A program made the translations under genes and the position numbers. The notes under the pieces were generated by a model. It did no database searches. It worked only from the letters and a program-made list of their open reading frames with translations, and was not told the DNA's origin. A stretch of 64,000 nucleotides of DNA from Desulfuromonas sp. (lineage in GTDB: Bacteria > Desulfobacterota > Desulfuromonadia > Desulfuromonadales > UBA2294), in the NCBI GenBank assembly GCA_002869615.1, contig PKUH01000110.1, forward strand, positions 125,896 through 189,895, in the 5' to 3' direction. Each line of letters starts with the position of its first letter. The stretch's first letter is position 1. This document shows, piece by piece, positions 60,051 through 64,000 of this stretch.

Positions 60051-60260
60051 TTACGCTTTAATAACCTTGGCCAATTCACCACCGACTGAATTCAAAAATA
60101 TAAACTCTGCTCCATCATCAGTAGTTGTGTAATCTCTACCAACATTAACCAGGGCCTTCTTGATGCTTACAATTGCATCTTCACGTTTATGGAATGTTGT
60201 AACTACCAAACCAAGTTGTTCGTATAAACTTGGAGCTATGACTATCTTATGCACTCCCAT
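60051..60260 (-). CDS. hypothetical small protein
   Basis: 69 aa, spaced 8 and 14 nt from its neighbours. Confidence 0.5.
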   Translation of the reverse strand: MGVHKIVIAPSLYEQLGLVVTTFHKREDAIVSIKKALVNVGRDYTTTDDGAEFIFLNSVGGELAKVIKA

Positions 60261-60274
60261 TTTAAATATAACCT

Positions 60275-61777
60275 TTATCTATTGACTGCATCTCTATGTA
60301 GTATTGCTTTTTCTATAATCTCCGAGGCTATAGGCAACCAGTTTTCATCAGTACGCAATCTTTTCTTTTCTCTGCCCTTGTCTAGCTCTATTAAATAGTC
60401 TCTTAAATCTTCTGTATTGATATTTGCCCAGTCTGCAAGCCTATTTATGGCAAACTTGGTTTTTAAATTGTCATAATTATCAATTAAGAAGTTCTTTATT
60501 TGGTCTTGAAGTCCAGGAACAAAAATATTGAAAGGTATATCTGAAAGAACTTCATCAATATTAATCTCTTTCTTCATGGCTTCCATATAAAGTTCAGTCA
60601 TATTTAAGGAAACACCAGTTTTGTATGCAGAGATAGAGTCAAACCCTTGCTTGATATAGTCTTTACTGATTTCATCTGCCTTATCAGGAATGCTATACAC
60701 CTCAGTCCCCTCAATTGGGATGATTGCTATAAAGCCATCACTTAGAGAATCATCTGGTATCTGTGGTCTGATCTCTTCATTTAAAAAGTCGGAGGCATTA
60801 TGAAAACCGACAGGGGGGAAGATCAGTCTTGTGTGGAGGTACTCCATGCTGTCAGGGAGGTTATGTGGCTTCACTCCAGAGTATTGAACATAAGGGAACC
60901 TCCCAAGAGATCTTTTGACTTCTTTTATATGTTGGAACTTATTGGCTAAGACTAGAAAAGCTTTAGAGTCGACAGCCTTATTCTTAAGCTCCTTATTTAT
61001 CCTTTCCTTGAGGCTTTTTTCAAGTTGCCCCACATTTAGCTTGCCGTCCCTAATCAGTATTGAAAGGGTCCTTCTAAATTCTTCAGCTTGGTCCTTTTCA
61101 AGCTTAAGCTTCAGGGTTAAGTTGATTGTCGTATTGTATTTTTTTGTTATGGCATCTGTTTCATCCTCATAATTTATGCCCTCAATTTCAGAGGGGAGTT
61201 TTCTTTTGTTCTTATAGTTGGTGTAATAGTTCAGGATTGTCTTGCTGTCATCATCAAGTTCTAAGAAGTTATATTTCTCGAAAATTGTAGCTACGGACCG
61301 CTTGTACCTGTCCGCTGTCAATAAATCAGGTTCTCTATCTATTTCTTCACACAGTGCTGTTAGTATAATTGCATCACGTTGAGTTCCAGATAAGTTGTCT
61401 AATTGACTCACTACATGGTTGTAAACAATTTCTCGCTTATCATAATCTATACCTGAGTCCTCTATTGAGAGACATGTCTCCTTAATGTCGAGAGATACCT
61501 CCATGAATTTCCCAAGAAAACTTTGAATCGGCTTGAGATGGCTGAGGATGATTTTTTCTCTATTCTTCTTCTTTTTATAGTTTTCTATTTGTTCTGAAAT
61601 TGGATCAAAGAACAGAAATAGTCCTCCTCCAAAAACAGACAGAGCAATTCTTACAAGCGGATATTCATTATCATCTAATGTTTCACCGAAAAAGATTGCA
61701 AAGCATATGAGGACAGCACCAACTATACGCATGAAGAACTTACTTAATGTGAATTTCAGAAATGACATAATAGTCAA
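60275..61777 (-). CDS. hypothetical 2-TM protein with a large cytoplasmic domain
   Basis: 500 aa. Two N-terminal TM helices, a Lys-rich linker, and coiled-coil-like and alpha/beta C-terminal regions. No motif recognised. Confidence 0.7.
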   Translation of the reverse strand: MTIMSFLKFTLSKFFMRIVGAVLICFAIFFGETLDDNEYPLVRIALSVFGGGLFLFFDPISEQIENYKKKKNREKIILSHLKPIQSFLGKFMEVSLDIKETCLSIEDSGIDYDKREIVYNHVVSQLDNLSGTQRDAIILTALCEEIDREPDLLTADRYKRSVATIFEKYNFLELDDDSKTILNYYTNYKNKRKLPSEIEGINYEDETDAITKKYNTTINLTLKLKLEKDQAEEFRRTLSILIRDGKLNVGQLEKSLKERINKELKNKAVDSKAFLVLANKFQHIKEVKRSLGRFPYVQYSGVKPHNLPDSMEYLHTRLIFPPVGFHNASDFLNEEIRPQIPDDSLSDGFIAIIPIEGTEVYSIPDKADEISKDYIKQGFDSISAYKTGVSLNMTELYMEAMKKEINIDEVLSDIPFNIFVPGLQDQIKNFLIDNYDNLKTKFAINRLADWANINTEDLRDYLIELDKGREKKRLRTDENWLPIASEIIEKAILHRDAVNR

Positions 61778-61792
61778 CTTGCATCAATATTC

Positions 61793-62047
61793 TTAGGAGT
61801 TGTCGTAGGCTATATAATTCTCAGCCCTGTCTGCACTTTCAGAGAGATCTTTTGCTTGTTCCTTAGTTAAATGAAACGTTTTCTCCTGATTGTTTTCGTC
61901 AGTTATCCTTAGATAGATTTGGTGGTCATTGGAAAAATTACTAACAAACACTGCTACAGTGTTAGGCGATTGAGTCTTGTCTGCTCGGCCATCATCATTT
62001 ACAGGGTAGAGTTTTTCTTCAAAATAGAATGTAGTTGCCATGGTCAA
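61793..62047 (-). CDS. hypothetical small protein
   Basis: 84 aa, tightly packed in the operon. Confidence 0.5.
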   Translation of the reverse strand: MTMATTFYFEEKLYPVNDDGRADKTQSPNTVAVFVSNFSNDHQIYLRITDENNQEKTFHLTKEQAKDLSESADRAENYIAYDNS

Positions 62048-62065
62048 CTTCTCCCTAAATCTAAA

Positions 62066-62314
62066 TTAATGTTCCTTGTCTCTTGGCGGGCATGGATCGT
62101 TACCAGGAGCAATAGTATCTTTACTGCGGATCTTTCCATCAAGGCCCTTTGTAGTTAGTTCTCCACCACCCTGATTCTTGAGCATAGTCCTACCAGCGTC
62201 GTTCGCAGCTTTCTGGGTATCGTGAACACTTGAAGCTTTACCTGCATCATTCCTCTTGTTAGCCCACTTGCCATCATCACGCTTGTAAACAGTACGATCT
62301 CTACCTTTACTCAT
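62066..62314 (-). CDS. DUF2188-like small protein
   Basis: Start at the ATG at 62314 behind AGGAGG (MSKGRDRTVYKRDDGKWANKR...). The track's longer start would run into the upstream terminator. Confidence 0.6.
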   Translation of the reverse strand: MSKGRDRTVYKRDDGKWANKRNDAGKASSVHDTQKAANDAGRTMLKNQGGGELTTKGLDGKIRSKDTIAPGNDPCPPRDKEH

Positions 62315-62327
62315 AATGGCCTCCTGT

Positions 62328-62366
62328 AAATAAAAAGCCGCCCTCAGTGTCAACCAAAGGCGGCTC
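62328..62366 (-). terminator. rho-independent terminator after the radical SAM gene
   Basis: Minus-sense GAGCCGCC...GGGCGGCU followed by UUUUUAUUU. Confidence 0.6.
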
Positions 62367-62430
62367 GTAATTCATGCTGCTTCCCCCTCCAGGAACAACG
62401 TATATATTTATTGTATTGAGGATAATAGCA

Positions 62431-63231
62431 TTATGAAGCTCTCTTAACAACTGATTGTATCGAGTCCTTCCACTGAACCTTTGGTAGATCCTTCAGCTCG
62501 TTATATAGCTTCATTATATTCCTGTCTGTCTGGTTGTCATATATTGCTTTGACTGCATCTCGTGTTTGTTTGTCTGATGCATCGACTCTGTACTTGATGC
62601 TATTCATCTTACCGAACCAGATGTCCTCTGTGATGTACGGTTCGAGTCTATTGTAGAGTTCTATTGTCCTCCCTACTGTATCGATCATTGGTTCAACACT
62701 AACTGATGTTTTATATCCTTGCTCGTGTGCATATTGCAGAGCTTGTATTCGTTCTTCTGGTAGTGGAGCGTCTTGTTCCCAGAACTGACTGAGGTTCTCA
62801 TCTAAAGAAGTAATCGTCATACGGATGAGAATCTTGTTTCTATAGTCCTGAAACTTATCGCAGATCTGTTGAATACAATTGAGTCTCGGTTTAGTCACAA
62901 TCAGTACTTCGTTATTTGCGGCTAGCAGGTTGTCGAGAGTTTCTATATATGTCTCCAAATAGGCTTCTGATATATCGTGCATGGTCGGGAACATAATCGT
63001 GCCCTTGGCTGTTTGATCTATGTCGACCTTCCAGGTCTTGACCTGCTCAGTCCTCCAGCTCTCTCGTGTGTATGTTTCGTCTGTTCTTTGATTGATCTCA
63101 ACAGCGAGATCTCGTGCGTAACAGTATCTGCAATTATTGGTGCAGCCTGTTCCTATATTGTATGAATACTGAGCCCATTCACCGACTCCGTATTTTGTTT
63201 TAGATTCGTTTAGTTTGTTTATATGTTTCAT
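62431..63231 (-). CDS. radical SAM protein (COG1533 / SplB-like family by motif)
   Basis: 266 aa with GCTNNCRYCYARD (CxxxCxxC). No SPASM-like Cys cluster seen. Confidence 0.7.
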   Translation of the reverse strand: MKHINKLNESKTKYGVGEWAQYSYNIGTGCTNNCRYCYARDLAVEINQRTDETYTRESWRTEQVKTWKVDIDQTAKGTIMFPTMHDISEAYLETYIETLDNLLAANNEVLIVTKPRLNCIQQICDKFQDYRNKILIRMTITSLDENLSQFWEQDAPLPEERIQALQYAHEQGYKTSVSVEPMIDTVGRTIELYNRLEPYITEDIWFGKMNSIKYRVDASDKQTRDAVKAIYDNQTDRNIMKLYNELKDLPKVQWKDSIQSVVKRAS

Positions 63232-63419
63232 GTTTTATGTCTCCATATCTTTCTTATAATTTTGTATTCGCAGTATTCCTGTCCCCATTCTTGTAGAGAG
63301 TCATGAGAGTGTAGAGAGTGCTCAGGGTGCTTGCGATGTTTTTTGTTTGCAGGTAGTGGGATAAACAGCACCTCCCCGAAGGGAGAAGCTATAAATGTCA
63401 TTACTCTGTGTGTCTGCAT
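63228..63419 (-). CDS. hypothetical His-rich small protein
   Basis: 63 aa. The stop overlaps the radical SAM start as ATGA. Confidence 0.45.
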   Translation of the reverse strand: MQTHRVMTFIASPFGEVLFIPLPANKKHRKHPEHSLHSHDSLQEWGQEYCEYKIIRKIWRHKT

Positions 63420-63552
63420 GATACTTTGAGCTTAAGTATTATTTCTTTAAATTAAGAAAATAGTATTCTTTGTAACTTTAAGTACACTAACAGAATTACT
63501 TCTGTATTTATGTTTTTAGCTCAGTGCCTGCTGGACGTATGGTTGTTATTAG

Positions 63553-63580
63553 CAAAAAGTGCCTGCTGCAAACAGGCACC
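63553..63580 (-). terminator. rho-independent terminator
   Basis: Minus-sense GUGCCUG-UUUGCAG-CAGGCAC followed by UUUUUGC. Confidence 0.6.
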
Positions 63581-63593
63581 CTTCGCGTACATA

Positions 63594-64000
63594 TCAATCC
63601 CAGAAATTAGTTTCATTGTCCTCTATTTGCAAACCACAACCTGAGATTTTATTGGTGGGTATTGTCCCGACACTCTCTACACTCTCTACAACTCTCATGT
63701 TGGTGTCCTCAATTTCATGTAAATCATCATCATTTACATCATTATCTGCTGCAGATTCAGTACATTCCAGTAAACCATACTGTTCCTTCAACAGATTAAG
63801 CTCATCTTGGGATACATACAACCGTGAGTATCCACCAGATATCTCCGTATTCAGCCCAAGAGACTGCAACCGCTTACCAAGCTTCTGAGGGCTCATCTTA
63901 TATCTGTCAGATTTATCAAAATTGACCTCTTTAAGGATCTCCCCTGTTGGGATGATGATCTGCCCAACACTCTCAAACTCAGCAACACAATCTATAGCTG
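63594..64000 (-). CDS. C-terminal part of a larger protein (primase/helicase-associated DUF3631-like tail); N-terminus beyond the window end
   Basis: The frame stays open upstream of the track's ATG to position 64000 (...AIDCVAEFESVGQIIIPTGEILKEVNFDKSDRYKMSPQKLGKRLQSLGLNTEISGGYSRLYV). The KLGKRL..LGI pattern recalls mobile-element primase C-termini. Confidence 0.5.
   Translation of the reverse strand, partial: AIDCVAEFESVGQIIIPTGEILKEVNFDKSDRYKMSPQKLGKRLQSLGLNTEISGGYSRLYVSQDELNLLKEQYGLLECTESAADNDVNDDDLHEIEDTNMRVVESVESVGTIPTNKISGCGLQIEDNETNFWD

Noticed and set aside
63559-63888. 109-aa + strand ORF at the window end.
   Set aside because: It is antisense to the open minus-strand frame that continues past 64000. 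It also overlaps a minus-strand terminator hairpin and has Ser-rich low complexity.

Overview
The window has two parts. Positions 1 to about 41,810 are GC-rich core chromosome. My unverified guess from protein motifs and gene order is a Desulfuromonadota / Geobacter-Pelobacter-like anaerobe. This part carries sensor kinases, aroC, hslO, rimO, a cheR-mcp-cheW-cheY-cheA-cheC-cheD cluster, thiL, lon, pyrE, purF-purQ-purL-purB and gap-pgk-tpiA-secG-tRNA-Leu(GAG). Two recoding or lesion events sit in the core. A DsbA-like gene that the ORF track splits is a single frame through an in-frame TGA at a UxxC motif (selenocysteine). gap carries an in-frame TAG at the conserved ESTG serine. From the tRNA-Leu onward (41,811 to beyond 64,000) the sequence turns sharply AT-rich. 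This part is an integrated mobile island: a tyrosine integrase on the + strand, then about 30 cargo genes all on the - strand. The most interesting cargo is a Pycsar-like operon with two different class III cyclases flanking one TM effector-like gene (48180-51033). Other cargo includes a secreted HNH-nuclease/hydrolase operon, an ArdC-RadC anti-restriction module next to a palindrome-rich candidate oriT region, and a family of repeated promoter/operator elements, one of which is split by an IS3 element. There is also an orphan six-gene membrane operon, a radical SAM gene and a truncated primase-like gene. I saw no rRNA and no CRISPR array.
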